From Macrostomum hystrix (Eukaryota; Animalia; Platyhelminthes), in contig CATNEN010000011.1 of NCBI GenBank assembly GCA_950097015.1, positions 1,736,001 to 1,800,000 of the forward strand: DNA of 64,000 bases. Reading direction: 5' to 3'. Positions 47,201 to 58,834 of the stretch are shown in pieces. The translations under genes and the position numbers were made by a program. Each line of letters begins with the position of its first letter. The first letter of the stretch is position 1. The notes below the pieces were generated by a model. It was not told the origin of the DNA, searched no databases, and was given only the letters and a program-made list of their open reading frames with translations.

Positions 47201-50200
47201 TCTCAATCCCTCACCTGATCCTTCAGTTTGAGCAGTCTCAATCCCTCACTTGATCCTTCAGTTTGAGCAGTCTCAATCCCTTCCATCAGTTTGAGCAGTC
47301 TCAATCCCTCACTTGATCCTTCAGTTTGAGCAGTCTCAATCCCTTCCATCAGTTTGAGCAGTCTCAATCCCTCACTTGATCCTTCAGTTTGAGCAGTCTC
47401 AATCCCTCACTTGATCCTTCAGTTTGAGCAGTCTCAATCCCTCACCTGATCCTTCAGTTTGAGCAGTCTCAACTGCACACCTGATCCTTCAGTTTGAGCA
47501 GTCTCAAGATCTCACCTGATCCTTCAGTTTGAGCAGTCTCAATCCCTCACTTGATCCTTCAGTTTGAGCAGTCTCAATCCCTCACCTGATCCTTCAGTTT
47601 GAGCAGTCTCAATCCCTCACTTGATCCTTCAGTTTGAGCAGTCTCAATCCCTCACCTGATCCTTCAGTTTGAGCAGTCTCAATCCCTCACCTGATCCTTC
47701 AGTTTGAGCAGTCTCAATCCCTCACCTGATCCTTCAGTTTGAGCAGTCTCAATCCCTCACCTGGTCCTTCAGTTTGAGCAGTCTCAATCCCTCACTTGAT
47801 CCTTCAGTTTGAGCAGTCTCAATCCCTCACCTGATCCTTCAGTTTGAGCAGTCTCAATCCCTCACTTGATCCTTTAGTTTGAGCAGTCTCAATCCCTCAC
47901 CTGATCCTTCAGTTTGAGCAGTCTCAATCCCTCACTTGATCCTTCAGTTTGAGCAGTCTCAATCCCTCACCTGATCCTTCAGTTTGAGCAGTCTCAATCC
48001 CTCACTTGATCCTTCAGTTTGAGCAGTCTCAATCCCTCACCTGATCCTTCAGTTTGAGCAGTCTCAATCCCTCACCTGATCCTTCAGTTTGAGCAGTCTC
48101 AATCCCTCACCTGATCCTTCAGTTTGAGCAGTCTCAATCCCTCACCTGATCCTTCAGTTTGAGCAGTCTCAATCCCTCACCTGATCCTTCAGTTTGAGCA
48201 GTCTCAACTGCACACCTGATCCTTCAGATTGAGCTCAGTTTGAGCAGTCTCAAGATCTCACCTGATCTTTCTGATTGAACAGCCTTACTATCAAATCACA
48301 ATACTTATTATGAATGACAAGAATAGCTTAGTTGAAAATACCGAAAAAACGGAATCCTAGCAACTAGTACTCAAATTTCGCAGGAACAAATTTTTTTCAT
48401 TTTCACACCTGAGCTGACTGACTTAATTAAAGCCGGGGTCAAGTTTCTATTTGTCTTTGTCTTCGTTAGAGCAGCAGGGTCGTGTTGTTTTTGCTGCTGC
48501 CGAATAAAGCTTAGAGATTTCGTTGCCTTGGATTTCTGATTTTTTGGGGGCGGGATTACATTTACATAGTATATATTTTAAACCTGCAACGCACCTCAGC
48601 AACGAGTATTTTTAGTCACTGCTGAGAACGCCTTTGAAAGAAAACAAGAAGGTTAATTGGCGACCTTTGCTTTTTAAAGAAATTCGAACAGGTAGATTAT
48701 TTTTATCTTTCTCCGATGATTTTTCTGTGACCGAGCTGCTAATTAAAACTCACCAGTCGAATTAAAAAAACTAGTTTTACAGATCTTAATTTTTTATAAC
48801 CAAAATAGTTTTTTTCTATGGACATCATAGTTTTCTTAAATTTTGATTTGGTTTAACTGGGATTTGAATTGGGACTTAAGCGAATTGGGACTCGAATCGA
48901 AATTAGGGTGAATTGGGATTTGAGTGAATTGAGATTTGAGTGAATTGGGATTTCAGTGAATTGAGATTTGAGTGAATTGGGATTTCAGTGAATTGAGATT
49001 TGAGTGAATCGGGATTTGAGTGAATTGAGATTTGAGTGAATTGGGATTTGAGTGAATTGAGATTTGAGTGAATCGGGATTTGAGTGAATTGAGATTTGAG
49101 TGAATTGGGATTTGAGTGAATTGGGATTTGAGTGAATGGAGTAAGTAAATTGGGATTTGATTAACTAGAATTGGGATTTGGGTGAGTTTAGATTAAAATG
49201 ACTTTGGATTCGAGTGAAGCGGTATTTTAAGCACTATTCGTAATGGCTTAACAGCCTATTTCATTTATAGATTGCCTTCAAATTATTGTCGTAGACATAG
49301 CTGATCTATCCCGGCCACATCCAATGATCCCACAGGTGCTAAACTATTGTCCGAAGGATATGAAAGCCGACCTGTGCGTCCACCTAAATCGGAAAGTTTT
49401 CAACGAGCATCCGGCATTTCGTCTGGCATCGGACGGCTGTCTGCGCTCCCTGGCGATGTCCTTCAACACGGTGCACACCGCGCCAAGCGACCTCATCTTT
49501 CACCAGGGAGAGAGTCTCGACCAGCTGTGCTTCGTTGTCAGCGGCTCCCTCGAGGTCATTCAAGACGACGAAGTCGTGGCCATACTCGGTAAAACAGTGC
49601 TAGCATCGCCTGATAATAGTTTATTTACCTGACGATAAATTAAAAATTATTACTGACTCATCTCTCGTGATGTGACTTTTAGCCGCACAAAATAGTTAAG
49701 TTCATTAATTTAATCCCACGAGAGACATTGAGTTTATCCTCAGAAATAAAAGCTGGCCCAGAAAGTTAATCAATTATGCTGGGGCAGTGGACCGCCAGTT
49801 AATGACGTGGCCTGGGACTGCACCTAGCGTTTGGTGTCTGACCACAGACCGCGTATTACCTTCGTAGATAGCTAACTTAGCGTAGGTACCTGGAAAATAT
49901 TGTGCTATTTTTAGAATCACGGACCCTGATGCTTGGGAGAACTGCTATTGCTTGTTCTCAAACTGACTAAAACAGTAATAGTTCTTCATTTTACCTGATA
50001 TTTTAGTTTGAGTTCAGCTTGAGCAGTCTCAATCCATTGCCTGATTCTTCCGTTTGAGTTCAGTTTGAGCAGTCTCAATCCCTCACCCGATTCTTCAGTT
50101 TGAGTTCAGTTTGAGCAGTCTCAATTCCTCATCTGATTATCCGTTTGAGTTCAGTTTGAGCAGTCTCAATCCCTCATGTAATCCTTCAGTTTGAGTCCAA

Positions 50201-53200
50201 TTCGAGCAGTCTCAATCCCTGACCCGACAACTGCAGGCAAAGGTGACGTCTTCGGGGACACATTCTGGCGAGAGGCGCCTCTGGGCCAATCGGCGGCGAG
50301 TGTCCGAGCCCTCACCTACTGCGATCTGCACTGCATCAAGCGGGACAGTCTGCTGGATGTTCTGAACTTCTATCAGGCATTCTCGCACTCTTTCGCAAGA
50401 AATTTGGTGCTTACCTTCAACCTGAGGCACAGGGTGAGCTTTGTGTAATCTAAATAATTTGATAATTGCGCCCTTTACGATCCAACTTTCAAAGCCGTCG
50501 AACATAAACATCGTCGAGATATTCAGCGCTTCTTGTTGAAGACCCTGGTGACAAGGATGAATAAGATTGCTTGTTCAGAAATGGAAAAATTGACTATTTA
50601 ATCAATCGAAAATAGTCAACCTTTTATAATAGCCAACCTTCTGATTGGGAATCGAACCTCCGACCTTCAAGTCCAAATGACGACGATGCAAACACTAAGC
50701 TACGTACTGCCCCCTGATAGTCATGTTTATTTCAGCATGTACTTTATCTAAATTATGTATGTATGTAAGTAAAAGTACATTTGCAGTGACTGGCAACAGT
50801 TTGACATGTAATTGAAATTCAATACTAGAATACAGGATTCTGATGATCATGTATGCTACGATACCGCTTTTATTTTATTGGCTCTTTAAAAAATTAGAGA
50901 TAAAAAATCGGCATTTGAACGGGGACAAAAGTGCTTCTCTAAACCCGGAAGATTTAAAAATTCGTTTTTCAGGATTAATATATGCGTCGAAATTTTTGTC
51001 TAACCTCCTTTGTTATAGTAAACAGTCCATTTTCAGCGATTACTCCTTGTTAAGGGCTAGACATCAAGTTTAGATTTTTAGATTTAGTTTCCTTCTCTTT
51101 TTCTTAGAACTAGCCGAATTAAAAAATCGTTTTCTTGAAATCTTCCGAGCCATAAGATATATATTTCATGGGAGGTACAAAATTTTTCGGATCTGTCTAA
51201 TTCTAAGATGAAATTTTCTAGAATCTGGCGAAATCGTTGATTATAATTGTTGGAATCTGCCGAATTATTTGGTTATAATTCTTAGAATCTGCCGAATTCA
51301 ATGATTTAGTTTCTTGGAATCTGCCGAAATCGTTGATTACAATTGTTAAAATCCGCCGAATTATTTGGTTATAATTCTTAGAATCTGCCGAGTTATTTGG
51401 CTATAATTGTTGGAATCTGCCGAATTATTTGGTTATAATTGTTGGAATCTGCCGAGTTATTTGGTTATAATTCTTAGAATCTGCCGAATTCAATGATTTA
51501 GTTTCTTGGAATCTGCCGAAATCGTTGATTACAATTGTTAAAATCCGCCGAATTATTTGGTTATAATTCTTAGAATCTGCCGAGTTATTTGGCTATAATT
51601 GTTGGAATCTGCCGAATTATTTGGTTATAATTGTTGGAATCTGCCGAGTTATTTGGTTATAATTCTTAGAATCTGCCGAGTTATTTGGTTATAATTGTTG
51701 GAATCTGCCGAATTATTTGGTTATAATTCTTAGAATCTGCCGAATTCAATGATTTAGTTTCTTGGAATCTGCCGAAATCGTTGATTACAATTGTTAAAAT
51801 CCGCCGAATTATTTGGTTATAATTCTTAGAATCTGCCGAGTTATTTGGCTATAATTGTTGGAATCTGCCGAATTATTTGGTTATAATTGTTGGAATCTGC
51901 CGAGTTATTTGGTTATAATTCTTAGAATCTGCCGAGTTATTTGGTTATAATTGTTGGAATCTGCCGAATTATTTGGTTATAATTCTTAGGATCTGACGAA
52001 TTATTTGGTTATAATTCTTAGAATCTGCCGAATTCAATGATTTAGTTTCTTGAAATCTGCCGAAATCTTGGATTATAATTGTTGGAATCCGCCGAGTTAT
52101 TTGGTTATAATTGTTGGAATCTGCCGGATTTTTTGGTTATAATTCTTGAAACACTATCACTATTCACTATTCTTGAAAAATGTAGCTTTCAAAGATTAAA
52201 AAGTTATTGAATCAACCGGCTAAAAAACTAGTCTTTTGATAGTCTGCCAAATTTAAAGTCTTACTGAAATAAGACTTAATGCTTAAGAAATACTGAAAGC
52301 ATGCTAAATTAGGAATAAGACGATTGAGTCTTATTTAGGATTAACGATTGAGTATTATTTAGGATTAACGATTGGGATTTTTGTGGAATTAACGATTGGG
52401 TCTTATGTAGGATTAACGATTGTGTCTTATGTAGTATTAACGATTGGGTCTTTTTTAGGATTAACGATTGAGTCTTATTTAGGATTAACGATTGAGTCTT
52501 ATTTAGGATTAACGATTGAGTCTTATTTAGGATTAACGATTGGGTCTTTTTTAGGATTAACGATTGAGTCTTATTTAGGATTAACGATTGTGTCTTATTT
52601 AGGATTAACGATTGAGTCTTATTTAGGATTAACGATTGAGTCTCATTTAGGATTAACGATTGAGTCTTATTTAGGATTAACGATTGAGTCTTATTTAGGA
52701 TTAACGATTGAGTCTTATTTAGGATTAACGATTGAGTCTCATTTAGGATTAACGATTGAGTCTTATTTAGGATTAACGATTGTGTCTTATTTAGGATTAA
52801 CGATTGAGTCTTATTTAGGATTAACGATTGAGTCTTATTTAGGATTAACGATTGAGTCTTATTTAGGATTAACGATTGAGTCTTATTTAGGATTAACGAT
52901 TGAGTCTTATTTAGGATTAACGATTGAGTCTTATTTAGGATTAACGATTGAGTCTTATTTAGGATTAACGATTGAGTCTTATTTAGGATTAACGATTGAG
53001 TCTTATTTAGGATTAACGATTGAGTCTTATTTAGGATTAACGATTGAGTCTTATTTAGGATTAACGATTGAGTCTTATTTAGGATTAACGATTGAGTCTT
53101 ATTTAGGATTAACGATTGAGTCTTATTTAGGATTAACGATTGAGTCTTATTTAGGATTAACGATTGAGTCTTATTTAGGATTAACGATTGAGTCTTATTT

Positions 53201-56008
53201 AGGATTAACGATTGAGTCTTATTTAGGATTAACGATTGAGTCTTATTTAGGATTAACGATTGAGTCTTATTTAGGATTAACGATTGAGTCTTATTTAGGA
53301 TTAACGATTGAGTCTTATTTAGGATTAACGATTGAGTCTTATTTAGGATTAACGATTGAGTCTTATTTAGGATTAACGATTGAGTCTCATTTAGGATTAA
53401 CGATTGAGTCTTATTTAGGATTAACGATTGAGTCTTATTTAGGATTAACGATTGAGTCATATTTAGGATTAACGATTGAGTCTTATTTAGGATTAACGAT
53501 TGAGTCTTATTTAGGATTAATAAGTGAGTCTTATTTAGGATTAACGATTGAGTCTCATTTAGGATTAACGATTGAGTCTTATTTAGGATTAACAAGTGAG
53601 TCTTATTTAGGATTACCGATTGGTGTTATTTAGGATTAACGATTGAGTCATATTTAGGATTAACGATTGGTCATATTTAGGATTAACGATTGAGTCTTAT
53701 TTAGGATTAACGATTGAGTCTCATTTAGGATTAACGATTGAGTTTTATTTAGGACTAACGATTGAGTCATATTTAGGATTAACGATTGAGTCTTATTTAG
53801 GATTACCGATTGGGTCTTATTTAGGATTAACGATTGGGTCTTATTTAGGATTAACAATTGAGTCATATTTAGGATTAACGATTGAGTTTTATTTAGGACT
53901 AACGATTGAGTCTCATATAGGATTAACGATTGAGTCTTATTTAGGATTAACAATTGAGTCATATTTAGGATTAACGATTGAGTTTTATTTAGGACTAACG
54001 ATTGAGTCTCATATAGGACTAACGATTGAGTCTCATATAGGATTAACGATTGAGTCTCATATAGGATTAACGATTGAGTCTTATTTAGGATTAACGATTG
54101 GGTCTTATTTAGGATTAACGATTGGGTCTTATTTAGGATTAACGATTGGGTCTTATTTAGGATTAACGATTGGGTCTTATTTAGGATTAACGATTGGGTC
54201 TTATTTAGGATTAACGATTGGGTCTTATTTAGGATTAACGATTGGGTCTTATTTAGGATTAACGATTGGGTCTCATTTAGGATCGGATTAATGATTGAGT
54301 CTCATTTAGGATTAGTGATTGAGTTTCATTTAGAATCGGATTAATGATTGAGTCTCATTTAGGATTAGTGATTGAGTCTCATTTAGGATTAGTGATTGAG
54401 TTTCATTTAGGATCGGATTAATGATTGAGTCTCATTTAGGATTAGTGATTGAGTCTCATTTAGGATTAGTGATTGAGTTTCATTTAGGATCGGATTAATG
54501 ATTGAGTCTCATTTAGGATTAGTGATTGAGTCTCATTTAGGATCTGATTAATGATTGAGTCTCATTTAGAATCGGATTAATGATTAATTCTCATTTAGGG
54601 TAAATGCAGAGGTGGCATAGATCTTATTTAGGATTAACGATTGAGTCTGTTTTACGATGAACAGATGGGTTTCGTTAAGGATTGAAGATTAAGTCTCATT
54701 TGTGGATTTATTATTTTTTAAATGAAGGATTAACGACTGTTACGACTTTTTATTAGGTTAGAAGTCGATTTCGCCCAGGATTAACTTTGTATATTTGCAC
54801 CCTTAAAAGCGCGCTCAAAAATCTTCCAGTTGGTCTTCCGCAAAATCGCCGACGTCCGGAGAGAACGCGAGCTGGCAGAGAAGCGGAAGTTTGAGCCGCC
54901 GCTGTCAGAGCTGAGCTCGGATCACCCGGTGCGCAAGCTCATCTCCAGATTTAAGAAGGCCTCGGATCAACGGGCCAACGGAGCGCCTGGCAATGGGTCA
55001 GCCGATAATGCGCCTGGACCTTCAATAGCGTCCACTTCTACGCTGCAAACGCCACCGATGCAGCAGCAGCAGCAGTCTGACAACCTGTCAGCGCCTTCGG
55101 TGGCGGCTTCTGTGCAGCCTCCGACTCCGCAGCCACAAGCCGGCGGCGGTGCTTCAAAGTGGGGCCGAATTTTCGGCAAGCCCAGCAGCCAGAGCGAGCT
55201 GACCGTGACAGCCGATGTCACTGTTCGAACTGGAGAGGCTTCAGCGACTCTACAGCAGCATCAGCAGCCGACAACAGCAGCATCAGCAGAGGCTTCTAAA
55301 CGACGAATCGCCCGCATCGACGAAGCTGAAGTCGAGGAAACGCCGTCAACGCCAACGCCGACAATCGCCTCGCTGGCTGCCTCTGTGCGTGCCCTGACAG
55401 GTCTGCTCGGCGACACGCGCGAGGAGCTGCGTAGAGAGGTTGTGAGCGTCAACAGCCGGCTAAGACGCGTTGACGATCAGCTGAGCGAGCTGCTGCGCCT
55501 CATGGGTGCGCGGCCGCCGACGAATCAACAGCAGCTCGCGCTGGGAAGTCGAGCCGGCGATAGTCGTCGCAGCAGCTGCAGCACCACAGCCAGCAGTGCC
55601 GTGGCTTCAACCAGCAGTGGCAGCAACAGCAGCAGCGGCAGCAGCAGCACAAGCACCACTGGCAGCAGCAGCAGTGCAACTACCAGTTCAACCTCAAGAT
55701 TTTTGACCAATCGCGGGCCGACTGCCGTTCCTGTTGGCGGCGGCTACTCCCCGTTCAGAGCTCTGCCACCGCCGCCGCCGCCTCCGCTGCTGCTGCCACC
55801 GCCGATGCCGCCACCGCCGCCTCCATTGGGCTCGCAGGGCAGCTTGACCAGCTCGTTGATGTCTGTCTCGTCCTCAACCAGCAGCGTCTCGGGCACCTCA
55901 TCATGCTCCACTAGTCCGAATTTGTCCCGGCCAGGCAGTTCTCCCTCGACTGATCATCGGGATACTCAGCCACGGCCGACTGGGCGGCAGACGCCGAGTC
56001 CGGTGTGA
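28668..56008 (+). CDS. eag: Ether-a-go-go (Kv10/EAG-subfamily) voltage-gated K+ channel, 10 exons: join(28668..28746,31320..31550,31922..32065,33116..33336,35050..35448,35602..36013,40412..40611,49336..49588,50237..50433,54830..56008)
   Basis: PAS cap [22 protein letters not shown] and PAS domain [21 protein letters not shown]4 [14 protein letters not shown] and filter [24 protein letters not shown] with intrinsic ligand ALTYCDL, and a C-terminal coiled coil. All introns are GT-AG with matching phases. Confidence 0.96.
29225..30295. repeat. 24-bp minisatellite (GCTAGAATCGCAGCAAGAACTGTA)n in eag intron 1
   Basis: Tandem units. The array is open on both strands, giving (ARIAARTV)n and (LAAILATV)n. 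Confidence 0.97.
30760..30990 (+). mobile_element. SINE family A, diverged copy
   Basis: GCTCGAATTCGCGGCGAGGCCACATT..GACGATGAGAA..CCTCCTCGCTAGCTGCGGGTC. Confidence 0.7.
31612..31835. repeat. 22-bp minisatellite (GAGCATCGTCATAGAGGGACAT) with 44-bp dimer, eag intron 2
   Basis: Tandem units are directly visible. Confidence 0.9.
32415..32890. repeat. Purine-rich (GAGAGTAGAGAGGTGA)-type array, eag intron 3
   Basis: Tandem units are directly visible. Confidence 0.92.
34095..34955. repeat. 23-bp minisatellite (TGTTGACATAAAGAATGCGTCTT)n, eag intron 4
   Basis: Tandem units. The same 23-aa pseudo-peptide appears in all three minus frames, as expected for a unit length not divisible by 3. Confidence 0.97.
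36125..36415. repeat. 33-bp minisatellite (GAGGATAATGACCTTGACATATTTAGTGACTGT)n, eag intron 6
   Basis: About 9 tandem units. Confidence 0.93.
37183..38095. repeat. (TTCYA)n pentamer microsatellite, eag intron 6
   Basis: Mixed TTCCA/TTCTA/TTATA units. Confidence 0.98.
38925..39410. repeat. 22/26-bp minisatellite (ATCACCTGAAGGATGAGATTGTATCT), eag intron 6
   Basis: Tandem units are directly visible. Confidence 0.95.
40020..40270. repeat. About 59-bp degenerate tandem repeat, each unit carrying GCTGATTGGCT (reverse CCAAT box)
   Basis: GATTGG at about 40049, 40108, 40167 and 40224. Confidence 0.8.
40875..41325. repeat. (AATC)n/(AACC)n tetramer microsatellite, eag intron 7
   Basis: Directly visible. 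Confidence 0.97.
42944..48275. repeat. 5.3-kb satellite of 35-bp (CAGTTTGAGCAGTCTCAATCCCTCACYTGATCCTT) and 28-bp (CAGTTTGAGCAGTCTCAATCCCTTCCAT) units, eag intron 7
   Basis: Roughly 150 tandem units with a few recurrent variants and no unique spacers. Confidence 0.98.
48945..49150. repeat. 16-bp minisatellite (GAATTGRGATTTGAGT)n
   Basis: Directly visible. Confidence 0.92.
50005..50225. repeat. Degenerate copy of the 35-bp satellite abutting the eag exon 9 acceptor
   Basis: CAGTTTGAGCAGTCTCAATCCCTCA units. The last unit runs into ...CCCTGACCCGACAACTGCAG|exon 9. Confidence 0.9.
50644..50714 (-). mobile_element. tRNA-like SINE head/pseudo-tRNA
   Basis: The minus strand reads GGGGCAGTACGTAGCTTAGTG (A-box-like) ... 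GGAGGTTCGATTCCC (B box). Cloverleaf stems are poor. Confidence 0.5.
51215..52150. repeat. About 32-bp minisatellite (ATCTGCCGAATTATTTGGTTATAATTGTTGGA) with higher-order blocks, eag intron 9
   Basis: Tandem units. The variant block GAATTCAATGATTTAGTTTC recurs 4 times. Confidence 0.93.
52305..54640. repeat. 24-bp minisatellite (TTAGGATTAACGATTGAGTCTTAT)n, eag intron 9
   Basis: The core is highly homogeneous and the edges are diverged. Confidence 0.98.
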
Positions 56009-56159
56009 CCAGATTTGTTCCTCTGCCTTCTAATAAATTCCTTTGTTTTCGATTGTCGACTTTAAATACGTGAAACCGAGTTATCAGCTGTATCTAAATA
56101 AACACTCAGCAACCTTATGTGACCTTGCGGGCCGATGGGATTATAAAAAACTCCACGGG

Positions 56160-56780
56160 GTGAGACAGGGGAGAGATTAGACAGGGGAGAGATTAGACAG
56201 GGGAGAGATGAGACAGGGGAGAGATGAGACACAGGAGAGATGAGACAGGGGTGAGATGACACAGCAGAGAGATGAGATAGGGGAGAGATGAGACAGGGGA
56301 GAGATGAGACAGGGGAGAGATGAGACAGGGGAGAGATGAGACGGGGGAGAGATGAGACACGGGAGAGATGAGACAGGGGAGAGATGAGACAGGGGAGAGA
56401 TGAGATAGGGGAGAGATGAGACACAGGAGAGATGAGACAGGGGTGAGATGACACAGCAGAGAGATGAGATAGGGGAGAGATGAGACAGGGGAGAGATGAG
56501 ACAGGGGAGAGATGAGACAGGGGAGAGATGAGACAGTGGAGAGATGAGACAGGGTAGAGATGACACAGCAGAGAGATGAGATAGGGGAGAGATGACACAG
56601 CAGAGAGATGAGATAGGGGAGAGATGAGACAGGGGAGAGATGAGACAGTGGAGAGATGAGACAGGGGTGAGATGACACAGCAGAGAGATGAGATAGGGGA
56701 GAGATGAGACAGGGGAGAGATGAGACAGTGGAGAGATGAGACAGGGTAGAGATGACACAGCAGAGAGATGAGGCACAGAG
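56160..56780. repeat. Purine-rich (GAGAGATGAGACAGGG)-type array
   Basis: Directly visible. Confidence 0.95.
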
Positions 56781-57456
56781 GAAGAGGTGTTGATTGGGGA
56801 GCTTCAAGAACCGCATCTTACGCCGTTATTGCAACTTTGATCGACAATTTCGATTTGGTTGGATGTGTAAAACAGTGTAGGATTATTGGACTAAGTTGGA
56901 CTGTATAAAAAATAGAAAGCACCATTTCAGTACCGATTCAGTTTATGTAGCCCAACCTCATTTACAATTAGAGATCTGATCTATATTTTTTCTCGCAGTA
57001 TCATTTTCTTTAACTTTATGACCCTTCTGTGAGACCTGCTCTTCGATTGAATCCGGCAATTCGTCTGCCTATACCAGCAAATGCTCCACAACCCTGCAGT
57101 AGCATGTATCAAAGTATAAACATCAGTTTATAAATTACAATACATTTTTTAAAGAGTCAAACGATAATTTTTGTAGCAGCGAAACTTGACAAAGTATAAA
57201 TTGTGCCACGAATTTTCTTCTTAACTGTTAGCTATCAACCTGCTGTGATGTGTTGCGTGTTAAAACCTCAGCGGTTGATAAAAAATAAAAAGTCATGAAT
57301 ACATTCAGTTTACATTTTTGAAGTATTGTAAACATTGCTATTAAATAACATTTTTCTGAATTTCATTTTATCTTAATAAACATTTTAATAAGATTTTAGT
57401 CTTCATTTTATCGCCAGGTTTTGGGCCGCCTCGACATCGAGAATTTGAATAGGGTC

Positions 57457-57609
57457 TTAATCCACTGTGGCAAAATCCAAGCCTTTCAGGCCGATTTTCA
57501 AGTTGTCTATGGCCAAAAGTATGACCATAGAGCAATCGATTTGATCCTTCGGACCATAGACAACTTGAAAATCGGCCTGAAACGCTTGGATTTTGCCACA
57601 GTGGATTAA
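57457..57609. mobile_element. 153-bp foldback/MITE-like element with 56-bp arms, TTAA at both outer ends
   Basis: 57457-57512 is the reverse complement of 57554-57609 with 1 mismatch. The inner ends read GTCTATGG...CCATAGAC. Confidence 0.7.
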
Positions 57610-58834
57610 ATCGAATGCTCGAAGGATCAAATGGTCTGCAAAATGCTATAGTTCTGAAGTTTTTGTTGTTCTACTAAAAAATGTTTTATTGACATTTGTG
57701 TCTTATTTTAGAAGATAGCCTAGTGGTAGCATCGGCGTCGGCATTAGTATTATCATTATTTATCACTTTGTTATTGTCATTTTACTTCCTTTTTTATTTC
57801 GTATTTTTTTCACATGGTTAACTTATGATCTGTGCGAGCAGCACGCGCAAAGCTGTTCTAGAACGCGTGCAATCTGCTTTTAACAGTTTTAGTTCTTGTT
57901 TTTCTGCAATGCGCAAACAAGGACTATTTAACTAGATATTAAGTTCGGTAGATAACTCGAATTTCTTAGATACGTAATACTTGTGCGCAAGTCCAAATAT
58001 TTTTTCTTCATGTACGAGTAAAATTTCTTACTACAGCGTGCTTCTTTGTAGTTTTTTAAAAATTCCGGTGGTGCAAAAGCTGATTTGCAATCGTCCGACT
58101 GACACCGGCCACAAGCAGTCAATGAAGTATCGAGCTCGACCAGAGCTGCGATCAATTCCATCTCTGCTACCCTTCTCACTATCTCTACGTAAAATGTCGC
58201 ATATGTCACAATGTCATATTGCAAACATGTTTTCAGCTTCTAACTGTCTTCTGACAGGAAATTGATGATCCCCAATATTACGCACCGGGCCGGGATCAAG
58301 GCCTTTTAGAAAATAACAAGGTTTCTTCTCCTAAAAGTACATTCCGAAATGAGATATTGGCATTTCAATGTCAATTGCGTGTGCTTGTGTGTATACAATT
58401 ATTTTTCATAGCCAATTTTGCGCTCATAGCATAGTATTCAATGTATTTGTTAGATGAGGAGAACTGTGTAGACACATGTAATATTTTGGCTGACTAAAAC
58501 CTGATTATGTCGTAGAATATTATGCAAGCAACCTCAATAACAAACTAAAATAGAAAAAAATAGTTGTTTGTGCCACGTCAGCAAAAAGTTTAACTTGACT
58601 AGCGGCGTCAGGTCTAATCAATTCTACAGGTTTTTCTAGACATTTCGTGTCTGACTATTTATTAAATTTAGTTTAAAAAAGTGCTTGTGAACCGTTCAAC
58701 TGTTTGAAGATTACGTGCCGAGTTGTGGATTGGCTTATTTGTATATGCAATATGCGACCTTGTTATGCAATCTGCTTGTTGAGCTAGACTTTCATCTGTA
58801 AAAAAGTACGAGTTTGAGCTCGTCTTCTGATTGC

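Noticed and set aside
42944-48275. Possible CRISPR array (constant about 20-bp repeat with variable following segment)
   Set aside because: The variable parts are only 2-4 recurrent variants of 7-14 bp, not unique spacers. There are no cas genes and the context is a eukaryotic intron.
52309-53962. (LNKTQSLI)n and (LGLTIESY)n ORFs
   Set aside because: Translation of a 24-bp satellite.
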